A DNA stretch of 64,000 nucleotides from assembly GCF_000143415.4 (NCBI RefSeq), contig NW_003314261.1:2243266-2307265 (forward strand). Direction: 5' to 3'. Source of the stretch: Selaginella moellendorffii (Eukaryota > Plantae > Lycopodiophyta). A model generated the notes under the pieces. That model had not been told where the DNA came from and searched no databases. It saw only the letters and a program-made list of their open reading frames with translations. The position numbers and the translations under genes are program-made. Below are positions 40,801-54,912 of the stretch, piece by piece; the stretch's first letter is position 1; the number at the start of each line of letters is the position of its first letter.

Positions 40801-43800
40801 ATGTTCCCCTTGGTTTGGCCCCTTTGCTAAACGTGGATCCTGACCCCGTCGTGTTCCCCTTTCGCAGGTTATCGTTGAAATGCACCTTGATGGCCGCATC
40901 CAACGCTTCTTTGTAGTTGGTCGGGTTCCACCGCATTACTTCGCCGCGAGCCCAGGTTTGCAAACCTGATATGAAGGCATGGAACGCATCCATATCCCCC
41001 ATGTCCGTGACAAGTATCCTCTTTGCCATAAACCCATTCACATACTCTTGAATGGTTCCGGTCTGCTTCAGCCTACTCAGCTCGTCCCTTAGATGCAGAG
41101 TAGCATTCGGAGGAACGTAAGTTGCGCGGATCCTCGCCTTCATCATTTCCCAAGTGGCCACCGGTCCTTCATTGGCCTCTGTCGTTCTCCACCAAGACTT
41201 GGCATTATCCGCCAAGTATGGTTTTGCACATGGGACCTTCTCCGAGCTTGGTAATCGCAACGCTCGGAAGTAGTCCTCCATATCGTAAAACCAATCCTCC
41301 ACCACCTTATAGTCGTTCACTCCCTTGAAGACCGGTGGGGGCTTTGGTTTGTACTTGGGAACTGCCTGAGGGACTGATTCCACTTCAGTCTGTTCGACCT
41401 TGTCTGGTTTTGCGTCAGTCCCTGCCGAAGGGTCCGCACCTTCTGCGCTGCCAGCATCCACAGTCTTTCGCTTTTTCTTCCGCTTCTCGTCACGCTTTAG
41501 CTTGCGTACGAGAGTCTCTAGCAGGGCATTGGTCTGTGCCAATTGTCCTTCTAGAACATCCAATCGAGCCTTGGACGACCGAACCTCACCACCAGACTCC
41601 TGTTTGGAAGTTGCCTCACTGGAGTCCTCCTCATGCAAGGATTCCTCATCCATCGCCTCCTGTTCGACCGGAGGCTCCAGCTCTGGAGGAGGTTCCGTCT
41701 CTGCCTGGGTTCGCTTACGTCCTGCCCTTGCCATCTCCCAGCAATTCGCCTCTATCCTTCGCTAGAACTGAGGAAGAGGCTCCGATACCAAATTGTAAGC
41801 CACAAATTTTTCCTTTCCAATTTGCCAGCTTACCTCGCCTATCCGACCAACTCTGCCTTGGCTTGTGCTAAGTTCCCTCGCCAAGGTTCTCGCCCATGGT
41901 ACCAGCTCTTACTTGGTTTCAGCTACTTACTGCACGAGCAACGGAGTGTTAGCCATCCATCTACGGATTCCCAAATCTCTCCCAATCCCCCTCCCCGGGT
42001 TAGACTGGACTTAAGGTTCGGCTACACTCCCCGCAGGCACAAGCAGCCAAGCACACCAAGCCTCCAGATTCCTAACACCCCTTGGTACCACAAGACTTGA
42101 TCATGGGACCCTCTAAATCCCAAGCCTTGGGTGCAGCACTTGCTTCGGGACGTCGGGGCGAAACACCGTGGCCTAACGGCCCGGTATGGGTACCTCTACC
42201 CCCCCTCTTCCATCCCGAAGGGAAGGCCCAAGCCCCCGAAAGGGCGATGACCAATGAGCCACAAGGTACTCAAGTGGGGCACCACTCCACCTGAGCCGGG
42301 AGCACCGCAGTCGGTTTCCCTTTCGGGAGTGGGAGCTGCTCTTGAGCACTTCCTTGGATGGCCCCTCCGGCACCAGCCAAGTCCATGCTCACTCCCACCC
42401 AAGGCCCCTCGGTCCCAGTCCCAACCTCAAGTTGGTTTGGAAGCCCAACTGGAGAGTCCCTTCAAAACTGGTTCCTGGACCTCACTATCCCTACTATACT
42501 TTTGGAACCCCCTGCAGCCCCCGCCCCCTGGGAGACGCACGCTTTGGGCTTTCACCCCTTGACCCGTATTAGTATTTGGACTTAGTCTCTGGCTCGATCT
42601 CGGACCCGATTTCGGATCTGACTTCGGATTCGGTCTCGGACTCGATTTCGGACTCGATCTCGGACCCGATCTCGGACCCGACCTCGGACTCGACCTCGGA
42701 CTCGGTCTCGGACCCGATTTCGGATCTCGGACTCCGTCTCGAACTCGGTCTCGAACTCGGACTCGAACTCGGTCCCCGAGTCGGTCTCGGACTCGATTCC
42801 GGACTCTATCTCGAACTCGGTCCTAGAGTCGGTCTTGGACTCGATCCTCGACTTGGTCCCATCCGATGAACTCTTTGTCATTTTGGTCAAGCTTTTGGGG
42901 ATCCTTTAGCCTACGACATCTCGGGGAGTCGGTTCCTTACAATACTGAGTAAGGTATATTTGACCTTGGTTAGCTTAGTTGCTAGGAAGTTTTGAGTGGT
43001 GATTCACTCGTGCTTTCTTCTAGCTTTGTTATGGTGTTGATGGCATTGAAGTGATGCTTTGTCATTAATATTATTTGATATTGAGATTCAAGCGAGATGA
43101 GATGTTTCTCCTTAAGATTGACATTGAGTTTCATTAGTCTTGATGAAAATAGTGTTGATGTTTTGGATATGGCTTTGTGTTATTAGCATTTGTGCATATG
43201 CTAGTTAGCAACTATGTTGACGTTCAAATGAACTGAGTGGCAAGTTTGAGTTAGTTGTGTTCTCGATGAAATTATTTAGTAGGGGTTGAGCTTTGAGCTT
43301 TTCCTTGAAAAGTGATTTAGTCGTGAATTATACTAACTTTACAAGTGGAAGAGTTAGTGATCGATATTGAAATGTTTGAATCCTTATAGGATCTGAGTTG
43401 GGATATATCAATCATTAATGATTCTTCTTGTGCTTGTTATAAAGTGAGTTCCGTCTTGCTATAGATGGATTCATGGAGGATCAATTTGATGGTCACTTGT
43501 TAAGCATGACCTCATTATGCTTAGTTTTTGGATTGATGCAAATGTGTTTTTCATTAGCATTGCATTATGAAATTTAGCTTCTGGATGTATTGAGGAGAAT
43601 ATTGTGAGTTGTACTATGATTTCTTCTTTAGCATTGAAGTTGGTTCATGCTAGACTTGTGATCATTATTATGCAAAACTTGGCTATAGGCTTCTTTGAGC
43701 TTTTGGTTCCTTAAACTTTTATGCTTGTGGTCCATTTGTTAGAAGATGTTGGGGGAAGGCATTTTGGCTTATTAGTTCTGATGCTGAAGTTGGCTTTTGC

Positions 43801-46265
43801 ATCTAGCAATCATTGGTGATGATTGACTATATCTAGGATAGTTGATTATCCTTATCAAAGGTCTTGTTTGATTATTGTTGATCAAGAATGATTTTTTATT
43901 CTTTGGGATGGTAGATTCTTTTTTCGACGATGATTATGCATCTCTCTATTGATAGGATGATTGATGATATTTCATGATGGTTAGTTATTCTTTTTGATGA
44001 CTTATGGCTTTTCACAATACTACATGTTCTTTGTGGTTTGCTTTGGATTGGTCTCTTGGGTTTGAGACATCCATAGAATGTTGTTGACACTTGCTTAGGC
44101 AACTCTGGTTCCTTCGTATTATTGACCAAGATCTATTTAGATTGGTTTTTGTGATAGTTGGCATGAATGGGTGTTATTGGTCTTCCTACATTCATTTTGT
44201 TCTGTTGATTATTGTTAGTGATAGATTTGGATGTTATTTCCTTTGGGTGATACATTCGTGAGTATCTTGCTTGTTAGTTAATGATATTTTGTGTTCTTTG
44301 AGTTGTTTTTGGTAAGTTGTTTGGCATACTGTCTACCATCTTCGGTAGTTAAGTTTCATTATTGAGTTTCCTTGATGATATACTTGCTCTTGAATTTTGT
44401 TGGATAGTGATTCCTATGCCTACCACTTATGATGATCTTGGTGGTTCATGTACTCTACTACTGGTTTATCGGATGATAACTTAGTTGGAATACTTTTGTG
44501 TTCTAATTTAAGATATATTCATTGATAATTAAAACTCTAAGATATCATTGTCTATGATTTTGATATTGTCTATCTATTGATCTTTGAGTTTGGGCCAGTA
44601 CAGGCAGACTGGCTTCGGCACTTCATGTGCATGGTGAAATCTTTAGTCATGGGGTAGCTACTGTCGACTGGTCACATCACCCGCCTCTTTGTCGATGTTC
44701 CTTATTCCGTTCAAAAAGGCGTGACCGTGTAAACAACTCTAACTGCCTGTTTACAGTAGTCTATCTAAACTTTACTGACGGGTTTGGTTTCTTTGCTTAG
44801 GAGGGTTGGGTTCTCTCTCTATATCCTTGCGGGTAGGGGCGTATCACACTTTTGTAAGCTGGGTGACACCCAGAGCAGCAAGGGTGGCTAACTCCGTTGG
44901 TCATTTCCTTGTCAGTAACGGCCTGAAAGTGTTTGAGTGGGTAGTGCATCCGCGTTAGACATAGAGGTTGCTTTCTAACTCATTTAAGTTGGTGCATTTC
45001 TCATATAGTGTGAATACCGTGAACTTATTCTGGAGTTGTTTCCTTGGCGGTATTCTAGACTCGAGTATGCATCGACGAGGACATCGATCTTCCCTAGAGG
45101 GGGAGAGTGTCGCGAATGTGACTTCGGGTATCGAAAGTTATTTGTCGGCCAATCCTTACAGACACTCTTACCTTACTGCCACGATAGCAGAAGGTCGGTA
45201 TTGCTGGACCCTTTATCAGCCCCTCTTATTCAAGTGTTAGTAAACTGGACTTTGCATCTGTACTTGGCCGGATGAGCATAAAGAAGGAATTCCTAAGTGT
45301 CTATTCAGCCAAGCATACTTGGCCTAGCTTTTTAGTTCTCTTTTGCTATATCTTGCACTGGCTTGACAAGAACCCTCGCGTATTGAGATTAGTCCCTCAA
45401 TATCGCTAGATAATACCTTACTGTGTTTACCAATCACCCTCGCTATCATGCCCTTTGTGTTGGTCTCATTTTGGTCCTAAATGCTATTTATGGAAAGTGT
45501 CTAGATTTGCTCATTTGGCATATTTACAGAATGTAAAGATTGTCCTGAATACAATGGTGTTTGTCTCGTGTCCAAATTTGCAATCTAGCGTCATTCCATA
45601 TTTAGTAAGTTTTGAGTTTGTCCTAGAGATTAACTCCTAATACTAAGGGAGGCTTGGGGTGAAAGCCCAAAGCGTGTGTTCCTCAAGGGGGGAAGGCCAA
45701 GGGGGGGGGCTATGGGGGGTTCCAAATGTATAGTAGGGATAGCAGGTAGGTCGGGCATAGCCAACCAACTTGAGGCATAGTCTAGCTCCTGCTTGTGTGC
45801 TTGTCCTTCTTTTATGTCCGGCTTAGGTCTAAGCCCAAGGTCCATTCCATGCTAGCTGGTGGAGTACCCATGTCCTCACGTTAGGCCACTGGTATGTCGA
45901 AATAGCGCCAGACTCTGTTTGGCTCCGTTTTGCATGCTGGTCATGGCATTGGGATGCTGGTTGCTCCAGGACTGTTCCAAGTTGCTCTGGGCTTCTATCC
46001 CTTCGCTCCTTGGGCTATATGCTCGAGAGTTGCTCCATGGTACGGTTCTGTCACTCCTTGGCTTCATGCTTGGGAGTTTGGCACCATTCCTTCATTTAGT
46101 GGCCCAAGGCCTTGAACCTTGGGTTTTGCACCACTGTCCTTTGGACACGTGGCATATAACATGTGGCATGTGTCACGTGGCATAAAGAGGGTTTATGTTC
46201 CGCTTCGTGGTGTTATCCTATGGTAAATCACTATAGGATAAAGGGTGAAAACCACGTGCACTACA

Positions 46266-47744
46266 GAGATGGACCCAAGATGGAGTCTGAGATGGAGTCT
46301 GAGATGGAGTCTGAGATGGAGTCTGAGATGGACCCAAGTTGCAATCCAAGATGGAGTCTGAGATAGACCCAAGATGAACCCAAGATGGGGTCTGAGATGG
46401 AGTCCGAGATCGAGCAGAGATGGAGTTCAAGATGTAGTCCAAGATGGAACCGAGACCGAGATCGAGACCGAGTCCGAAACTAAGATTGAGACCGAGACTG
46501 AGTCTGAGACCAAGTTTGAGTCCGAGTCCGAATCTGAATCTGAATCCGAATACTAATATAGGCTGTTGGGTGAAAGCCCAAAACAATTGTTCCTTGGGGG
46601 GGTTCCAAAAGTATAGTAGGGAGAGTATGGGGGTTGGATCCCAGTGGAGCCAGTTTGGCCAAGAAAGGCTAATGTGACCCAGGAAGGCTATGCCCTTGTG
46701 TTGGGTGATGATATATCCACTGAAGAGTCCAAAGCTAGAATGAATACAGACAGACAAATAAGGAAGCTTGGTGAAGTGTTCAAAAGCTGGTTTTAATTCC
46801 CTCGGGAGATCAAATGATCTTGTAAGCAACCAAAGAGAATGGCTTAAGAGACGATCCATAGGGTTTAAATATAGAGGGAAAGGGCCCATGAATAAGAGTG
46901 CATCCCCTTTTCCAATCGATTAAGGGTCTTAGGATATTTGGGGTTAAGCATTCTTGGGTTTGAATAGTACTAGGCTGGGTGACCAAATTCAGGAGCTTAC
47001 AGGTCGATGCTCCTAGTTCAAGCGTGGGTGGCACTACCTACTTAGATACATGGCATGGCTCAACGAAACCTCACTCTAAGCCCATGGCTAGAGCACCTAA
47101 AGGTGGAAGGTGGGGAGAGTATTTATGAGGCTCGGGTAAGGCCATGGTGTTCCGAAATGTTGTTTTAAAGTCTTGGATGGTGGAAAGGAAGAAGAATAAT
47201 CCTCTGGTGTAGTGACCAAAGATACAGTTACATGGTGAGGAAGTCCCAAAAGACAGTAGGACTTGGTAGTCAGGTTTATAAGCTTTGACCTAGTGGCAGT
47301 GTTGGCAACCATGGCTATGGACAGAAAGGGACTTGGTGAGGACCGAAAAAAGGATATTGGGGAAGATTGTTCCCCATGTCGGCGAGCATCCTAAGGATGC
47401 TAAGGAGTGGATCTGGGATGATCACTCAAGGATGGATGGCTTAGTTTTTAAGAGACAGAATTATGATGTAGGTGGTGTTGGATCATTGATATGACAAAGG
47501 TGAATGGGCATAGCTTTAGTGTAATAGGCTAATATGTTAGTAGTACCTTTGGGTGTCGATCATAAGATTAGACATATGGAACACTTAGACAAAGTGCAAA
47601 GGTTGAGTGGTATGGATGCTATTCTTGGGGCTAACAAATCCCAAGTTTAAAATAGGACTTATGGAAGTTGTAAATGAGACTCTTCCAAGTGGTTAGAGGT
47701 GTGGTTAAGTGACTAAAGTAGGATGGAAAATTTAGTCATTTACA
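46266..47744 (+). mobile_element. Family D LTR (its left piece is 31139-31171), interrupted by element A
   Basis: GAGATGGAGTCT 12-bp tandem array continues on both sides of element A; ends AATTTAGTCATTTACA like the copy ending at 56883. Confidence 0.8.
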
Positions 47745-47759
47745 CTAAACAATCTTTAA

Positions 47760-49060
47760 TGGTTGATTGACTCAAGAAGGAATATACCAATCTCTTTGAA
47801 TTTGACCTATCATTTGGGGCTAAGATTGCAACTTGTCATCTTATTCCAACTATGGTGCTTGTCCAATAGGGAGATCAGAATTTTACATAAATATTAAGGG
47901 TATTGTTCAAAAGGTTAAAAATCCTTAGGCGTATGAACTTAATCTTTTGACAAAGTATAATAGAAGTATTTGATTATACATCAACTACTATTTATTAAAT
48001 GATGTGATAATCCTAAATATTTACTACTTCCTCATACTACTAATTTTCTAAATTGTTTAGGTAGCACTTGTTAATTCACCAAATTAAACCTTACTTTTGG
48101 ATATTGGTAAATGTGGATAAGGAGGCTATTCCCCAAAATTACTTTCCATGCATCATTTAGTTTATATAAGTTCTTGGTGATGTTATTTGTTTCAATAATG
48201 CTTCAACTAATTTTTAGCAGATAATGGATAATATTCTTTGTGATATGCCTGAAGTGACTACTGACTTCATTGATAATATCTTAATCTATTTAGAAAGGAC
48301 ATGAGAGGAGCATGTTCATGATATCTATAAGGTGTTAAATTGACTGTGGGAAGTTAGTTTGAAACTAAAGTGGTTAAAATGTATATTTGAATCCAAGGAC
48401 ATGACTTATCTTGGGTATTCCATTTTTTATAAAATTTGTAATTTGATTCTAACAAACTTATGATTGTTTTAAAGTTCCCTACTCTAAAATGTGTGAACAA
48501 TATGTAGTGCTTCTTTGGCAAAATACAATATTTTGATTGTTTTATTGATTATCTTTTTTATTGTACTACACTATTAAAAGTGTTATTGAAGTTGTTAACA
48601 TCACTTTTCATCTAGTCTAAGGATTGTGTGTAAGTATTTTTGGATTTTAAAGAGTTGTTAACAACTTCTTTAGTTTTAGCATATCCTAACTACATATAAC
48701 TTTTCATTTTGTGTATGGATGTTTTTGATATTGATCTTTGATGCAAAAGAGCAAGAGTATGCCTAATTAGTATTATCCCATTGCATACATTAGTTGTATA
48801 TTGCAACTATTAAAGATGAATTACTCCATAATAACAGAGTGTATAGCAATAGTTTAGGCTTTAAGAAGCTTTATATGTATTTGTATGGTTTTTAAACATT
48901 CCTAGAAATTGATCATATTGCAGTTACTTCATTATTGAAGCAAAATAACTTAGTTGGTTATATTGTTTAGTTGGCTCTAAAACTTCAAATATATGATTTT
49001 GAGATTGTTCATTGCTCAAAGAGTTTTATAGTTGATGTTGACATCTTTTTTAGAGTTTTT
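47760..49060 (+). pseudogene. Highly degenerate gypsy RT/RNase H remnant
   Basis: Eroded motifs such as SLYKFLVM (FGLYEFLVMP-like) and TDFIDNILIY (YIDD-like); AT-rich with many stops. Confidence 0.6.
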
Positions 49061-49242
49061 TTACCCTTTTGATCTCTTGTATTCTTGACAAGTTTATTGT
49101 TCCAGCATTAATGGATTTTCTAAATAAAGATTCCATGCTATCAATAGTTATTGTACTTGATATTCAATATCTATTAGGTGTGAAGATTCTCTTGACAAAG
49201 TTCATAAGGCTCAAAAAGTTGAGCTGTAAATTTGAAGTATTT

Positions 49243-50689
49243 TGTAAGTGACTAAAATTTCTATTCTTCTTCAGTCACTTAACCACACCTTCAACCACTT
49301 AGAGGAGTTTTATTCATAACCTCCATAAGTTTTATTTCTGACTTGGGGTTATGTTAGCCCCGTGAATGGCATCTATGCTACTTAACCTTTACACTTGGTC
49401 CAAGTACTCTATGTATCCAATCCCACTATAGACACTCAAAAGTATTTGATATATCAATCCATTATGCTAAAGTTATGTTCATTCATCTTTGTCTTATTGG
49501 TAGTCCAAGATTATCCATACCACAATCCCATCTCCCAAAGATTAAGCCACCCATCCATGAGTGGTCATCTCTTGACCACATCTTACCACCTTTAGGATGC
49601 CCAAAGACATGGGGAACACCCTTTCCCAATATCCCTCCATCAGTCCCCACTAAATCCCATTACATCCATGGTAGTGCTTGCCAACATTGCTATTGAGTTA
49701 GAATTTGAAGGCCTGACCATGAAGTCCTATTGACTTTCACGACTTCCTCACCACATGACTATGCCCTTAGTTACTATGTAAAAGGATCATTTCGCTTCCT
49801 TTCCACAGTCTAGGACTTTAGGATGACATTTTGAAACACTATGGTCTTACACAAGACTCATGGTTACTCTTCCCACCTTCTGCCTTTAGATGCCCTAGCC
49901 ATGTGGCTAGAGCGAGGTTTTGATAAGCCATACCAAGTATCTAAGTAAGTAGTGCTACCCATACTTAAATTGGGAGTATCAACCATTCAATCTCCCAAGG
50001 GAGCTAAAGCCAACTTTTGAACACTTCACCAAGTTACCCCACTTGTCCATCCATGTTCACTTTAGCCTTAGATTCCTCGGTGGTTATATTATCACCCACC
50101 ATATGGGTATAGCCTTCTTTGGTCACATTGGCATTTTCTAGCCAAACTGACTCCACTGGAGTCCTCCCCCTTACTATACTTTTGGAGCTCATCCAACCCC
50201 TCGGGGTTTAGGAAATGATTGCTTTGGGCTTTCACCCTTGGACTCGGACTCAGACTTGGATTTAGACTCAAACTTGGTTTCGGATTTGGTCTTAGTCTCA
50301 ATCTCGACCTCAGACCTGGTCTTGGTCTCCATCTCAGAATCGACCTTAGACTCCATCTTGGGTCCATATTGGACTCCATCTTGGATTCCTTCTTGGACTC
50401 TATTTCAAACTCTTTCTCAGAATCCATCTCGGACTCCTTCTCGGACTCCTTTTTGGACTCATTCCTAACACTTCCCTGTGTCACAATACTTACCATATGT
50501 CAGTCTTTATTGTGTCCTTTTTTAGAGACTTATTCACCAATTGCTTCATGCTTATTCCTTAAGCACTTTTTTCGAGGTTCCACTCTTGCTCTCGACTTTC
50601 CAAGTTAGAGCTTTTGGTCCAAACATGTTACATTTGTTGACCTTCCACTTCGACCACTACTATGTGGCACCCTTTTAGCTCCACTTTAG
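49243..50689 (-). mobile_element. Family D LTR, older copy, interrupted at 50690 by a family A LTR
   Basis: Starts TGTAAGTGACTAAAATTT and is collinear with 53560-54912. Confidence 0.8.
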
Positions 50690-53559
50690 TGTCACGAATA
50701 TGACATTGGGTATTGAAAGTTATCTGTTGGCTAATCCTTTCAAATATTCTTTCTTTATTGCCATGACAGCAGGAGGTCAGTATTGCTGGACTGTTTGTCA
50801 GTCTTTGCCTAAGTTAGTTGAGAAACTAGTCATCACATGTGCAGTTAAACTAAAAGGGCACTAAGGAAGGGAATCCTAAGTTGTCATTTAGTCAAGTATA
50901 CTTAACACGGTGATGAGAAACTTATGTTGGTGGTTTGCAGTTGCTAATGTTGGGAACCCCTGCAATATTGAGCTTGGTCCCTCAATATTTGCTGAATGAT
51001 AGCTTACCATATCTGCCAAACACCCTCGCTATCATGCCCTTTGTGTTACTCTCATTTCGGTCCTAAATGCTATTTATGGAAAGTGTTTAGATTTGCTCAT
51101 TTGGTATATTTATAGAATGTAAAGATTGTCCTAAACACAATGGCATTCGTCTTGTGTCCAAATTTGCAATCTAGAGAGATTCCATATTTAGTAAGTTTTA
51201 ATCTTGTCCCAGAGACTAACTCCTGGTACTAAGTGTGTGTTTCTCAAGGGGGGGGGGGGGGGGGGGGGGTTAGGCGCCAGCTTTGACTATGTGGTTAACA
51301 TCAGTCAAAGAGAGGCTCAAGGGTATATTAAGGCATGTTAGGGTAAGGGACTTAACCTACTCTGGGGGCTCACAGTGGAGCGGCGGCGCAATGGAGCTTT
51401 TGAGGTAGCTCGGGGGTGGTTGGGTGGTGAGGAACCTCAAGAGGTGGCGAAGCATAGTCTAGGGTGACTAGATCTCTGTCTTTTTGCGCCGGATCATAAC
51501 ATTGGTATCAGAGGAAATTGGTTGTGATGGCCGACCAAGCTGAACGCTGGAATCCTATTGTCGATAGTGGTGCCGACGATGGTGCCGATGAAGTTGCAAA
51601 GATTTGGACCATTCAAAATGTGGTTCATGAACTGCGAGCCCTTAATCAAAATCAGCAAGAGATGCAAGATGAGATGTACGGCATGATGGATACCATGTGT
51701 GGGCGTGTTGAGGCACTCGAGGCTGGATGGGGTAGTGCTCCAAGTAAGCCTTCTTTGGTAGATTGACTCAAGATTCCAACTTTTTCTGGTGATGGTGGTG
51801 TGGATGAGTGTCTCGCTTGGCTAGCCAATGTGAAGAAGTTCTTGGCTGCTAGAGGAACTCTAGATGCAGAGGCTTTAGTGGCTATTCCGATGGTTTTGCA
51901 TGATGCGGGTCTTCGATGGTGGAATTGGCTTGAGGAGTCCCGTGTTGCAGATAAGAAACCACCAGTGTCTACCATGGATGAGTTTGAGGCTGCTTTCCGT
52001 TTACGTTTTACCCATCATTACGACGTGGAGAATGCTCATATAGAACTTTGACATTTCCAGCAAGGGAAAATGACGCTCAGGGACTATATTGAGAAGCTTA
52101 CTCACTTGATTAGTCGTGTTCCAACGAAGGATCCAGATCAAAACAAGTCCTACTTCATTGATGGCCTACATAGTGAAAGCATGTGGCAACACTTGCATCA
52201 TTCTCAGCCTACAAAGAGTTTGGAGGAGCTCTTTGATGCAGCTCATTGACTTGACAATGACAAGCACAAGTCTCACAAGCATTCGCAAAGTCCTTCTGTC
52301 GAGAATCGTCATGATGATCACCGTGGACACAAGGATGGGAACAAGCATCACAAGTTGAAGTTGGTGGTGACTACTTTAGATGCAAAGGGGTCCAAGAAGC
52401 AGAAGTTCTTTGTGAAGAATTATAGACAGGGTTGTCATCATTGCTGCGAACTTTGACACTATAAGGCTGATTGTCCGCAGTTAAAGAACAAGCAGCAAGA
52501 CAAGAAGAATGGCCAATCTTCTTCTCACGGTAAGTCAGATACTAAAAAGTTGCAAACTTTGCAATGTGAGGATGAGGAGAATGACCATTCCGGTTGGAGG
52601 AAGCGACTTTCGATCGTTGCTCATCAGCTCAACTGTGTGTGGAACAAGATGGAGCTCAAGGATACGCATGAATCAGTTTTAATGCTGGAGGGCGTGTTTC
52701 GTAGTGATCCAGTGCGGATTTTACTGGATAGTGGGAGCGATGACAACTTTGATTCGGCAAAGTTTGTTGCGGAGCATGGCCTGGTCACACGCGGAGTTCT
52801 TCCATACATAGTGGAGGGTGTAGCTATCTCTACTCAGCATTTCGATGCTTGTGTCGAGGGGTTGGAAGTGTTGGTTGGCAAAACTACACTTGTGGAGACT
52901 TTTTATCTTGCGGATATCCATCGTGTGAATCTCATTCTTGGGATGCCATGGTTGGTGAAGGTGGATCCTGAGATAAAGTGGAGTATTAAATGTATCTCGC
53001 TGGAGTATGGTGGCATTAAAGATGTGTGGTTTGGTGAGGGCATTCAACCACCAGTTGTTATGCTCTCTGCTACATCTTTGAAGTGGGCTTGTCATAATGG
53101 AAAAACACTTTCGAGTTATTTGCTGTTTGTTCGTGACTTGGGGGACCAAGGCACATGTGGGGGAGAAGCAGCAGTATGGGATGTACTAGACGAGTTTTCT
53201 GATGTTTTTCCACATGAATTTCTTCTTGGGTTGCCTCCATTACGAGGTGTGGAGCATGGGATTACATTGGAGCCGGGGACGCAGCCAATTTACTGGCGTC
53301 CATTTCGGTTAAGTTATGCAGAGGAGCAAGAAGTTCAACGACAAGTCAAGGAGTTACTTGTGTTTGAATTTATTTAGCCAAGTAAGTTTTTGTTTGGTGC
53401 TCCGGTCTTGCTTGTGAAGAAGGACGGTTCAATGCGGATGTGTATTGACTACCGCACTTTAAACAAGAAGACAGTGAAGGACAAGATGCTGATGCCACGT
53501 GTGGATGATATTTTAGACAAGCTTGGTGAAGCACGAGTGTTTACCAAGATTGATCTGAG

Positions 53560-54912
53560 TGTAAGCGACTAAATTTTTCCATTCTCCTTTAGCCATTTAA
53601 CCACACCTTCGACCACATGAAGGAGTCTCATTCACAACCTCCATAAGTCCCACTCAGGACTTGGGGCTTGTTAGCCCCAAGAATGGCATCCATGCCACTC
53701 AACCTTTGCACTTGGTCTCAGTGCTCCATGTGTCCGGTCCTATGACCGGCACCCCAAGGCACCACCAACATACCAGCCTATTACGCTAGGCCATGCCCAA
53801 TCACCTTGGTCATATCGGTGGTCTAACACCACCTGCATTGCAATCCCTTCTCTCCAAGACTGGGCCATCCCTCTATGAGTGGTCATCCCAAATCCACTCT
53901 TTAGCATCCTTAGGATGCCCACAGACATGGGGAATAGCCTTCCCCAATATCTCCTTTCTGGTCCCCACCAAGTCCCTTTCTATCCTTGGCCGTGTTCGCC
54001 AACACTACCATTGGATTAGGGTCCACAGGCCCGACCACTAAGTCCCATGGTCCTCTGAGACTTCCTCACTACATGACTGTATCCTTGGTCATTACACCAG
54101 AGGACTACTCCTCTTCCTTTCCACAGTCTGGGCCTTTGGGACAACATTTCAGAACACTATGGCCTTACGCAAGCCTCGTGGGTACTCTCCCCGCCTTCCG
54201 CCTTTGGGTGCTCTAGCCATGGGCTTAGAGTGAGGTTCCATTGAGCCACACCAGGTATCCAAGTAGGTAGTGCCACCCACACTTGGACTGGGAGCATCGG
54301 TCAGTCAATCTCCCGGGGGAACTAGAGCCGGCTCTTGAACACTTCACCAAGCTACCCCGCTTGTCAGTCCGTATTCACTCTAGTCTTGGACTTCCTAGTG
54401 GTCAATTCATCACCCAACACTAGGTCTAGCCTTCCTGGGCCAAACTGGCCTTTCCTGGCCAAACTGGCCTTTCCTAGCCAAACTAGCTCCACTGTAGTCC
54501 TCCCCCTTACTATATTTTTGGAGCTCACCAAACCCCCCAGGGTCTGGGAGACGAACGCTTTGGGCTTTCACCCTCTTAGACTCGAACTCGGACTCAGACT
54601 CGGACTCAAACTCGGACTCAGACTCGGGCTCGGGCTCAGTCTTGGTCTCGGTCCCAGTCTCAGTCCCGGTCTCGGTCTCGACCTTAGACTCCATCTCAGG
54701 TCCATCTCGGACTCCATCTCGGGTCCATCTCGAACTCCATCTTGGACTCCACCTCAGACTCCAACTCAGGTCCATCTCAGACTCCATCTCGGACTCCACC
54801 TCGGACTCCAACTCGGGTCCATCTCAGACTCCATCTCGGACACTTCCACATGTCATGTGTTGGTCCTTTTGGGTCCCTTTTTGGGGCCTCGCTTATTGCT
54901 CGCTTTATGCTC
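53560..54912 (-). mobile_element. Family D LTR (probably solo; end lies in the gap) inserted in the RT of E
   Basis: TGTAAGCGACTAAATT immediately after KIDL; RT resumes after the gap (IPFVLTNAPTT). Confidence 0.8.

Larger units (their letters stand above)
36963..41734 (-). pseudogene. gag-pol of element B (Gag, CCHC knuckle, protease, RT, RNase H, integrase, chromodomain); putative exons 41734-37861, 37814-37397, 37344-36963; three point nonsense codons
   Basis: [14 protein letters not shown]; LIDTGAS; YIDD; TDASD; H..H/C..C; MDFITGLP, SDRD, HPQT|DGQTER; GPY; chromodomain EYEVEAIL...FHVKWRGFPHCEATWEPEENL. Stops at 38246-38248 (TAA), 37287-37289 and 37119-37121 (TGA, probably from CGA). Confidence 0.92.
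35119..42941 (-). mobile_element. Ty3/gypsy chromovirus (family B), full length and young; 5' LTR 41794-42941, 3' LTR 35119-36559
   Basis: TG...CA LTRs nearly identical; TSD ATACT (35114-35118 and 42942-42946); PBS TGGTATCGGAGCC at 41778-41790; PPT GGGTGGTGGAGT at about 36560-36571; single-frame gag-pol with chromodomain. Confidence 0.97.
31172..46265 (+). mobile_element. LTR retrotransposon family A, full length, apparently non-coding internal region (LARD-like); 5' LTR 31172-~32301, 3' LTR 45108-46265
   Basis: Both LTRs start TGTCGCGAATGTGACTT; the 3' LTR ends CACTACA; 5-bp TSD GAGAT (31167-31171 and 46266-46270); PBS TGGTATCAGAG at 32304; PPT AGAGGGGGAGAG before 45108. Carries nested element B. 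Confidence 0.92.
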
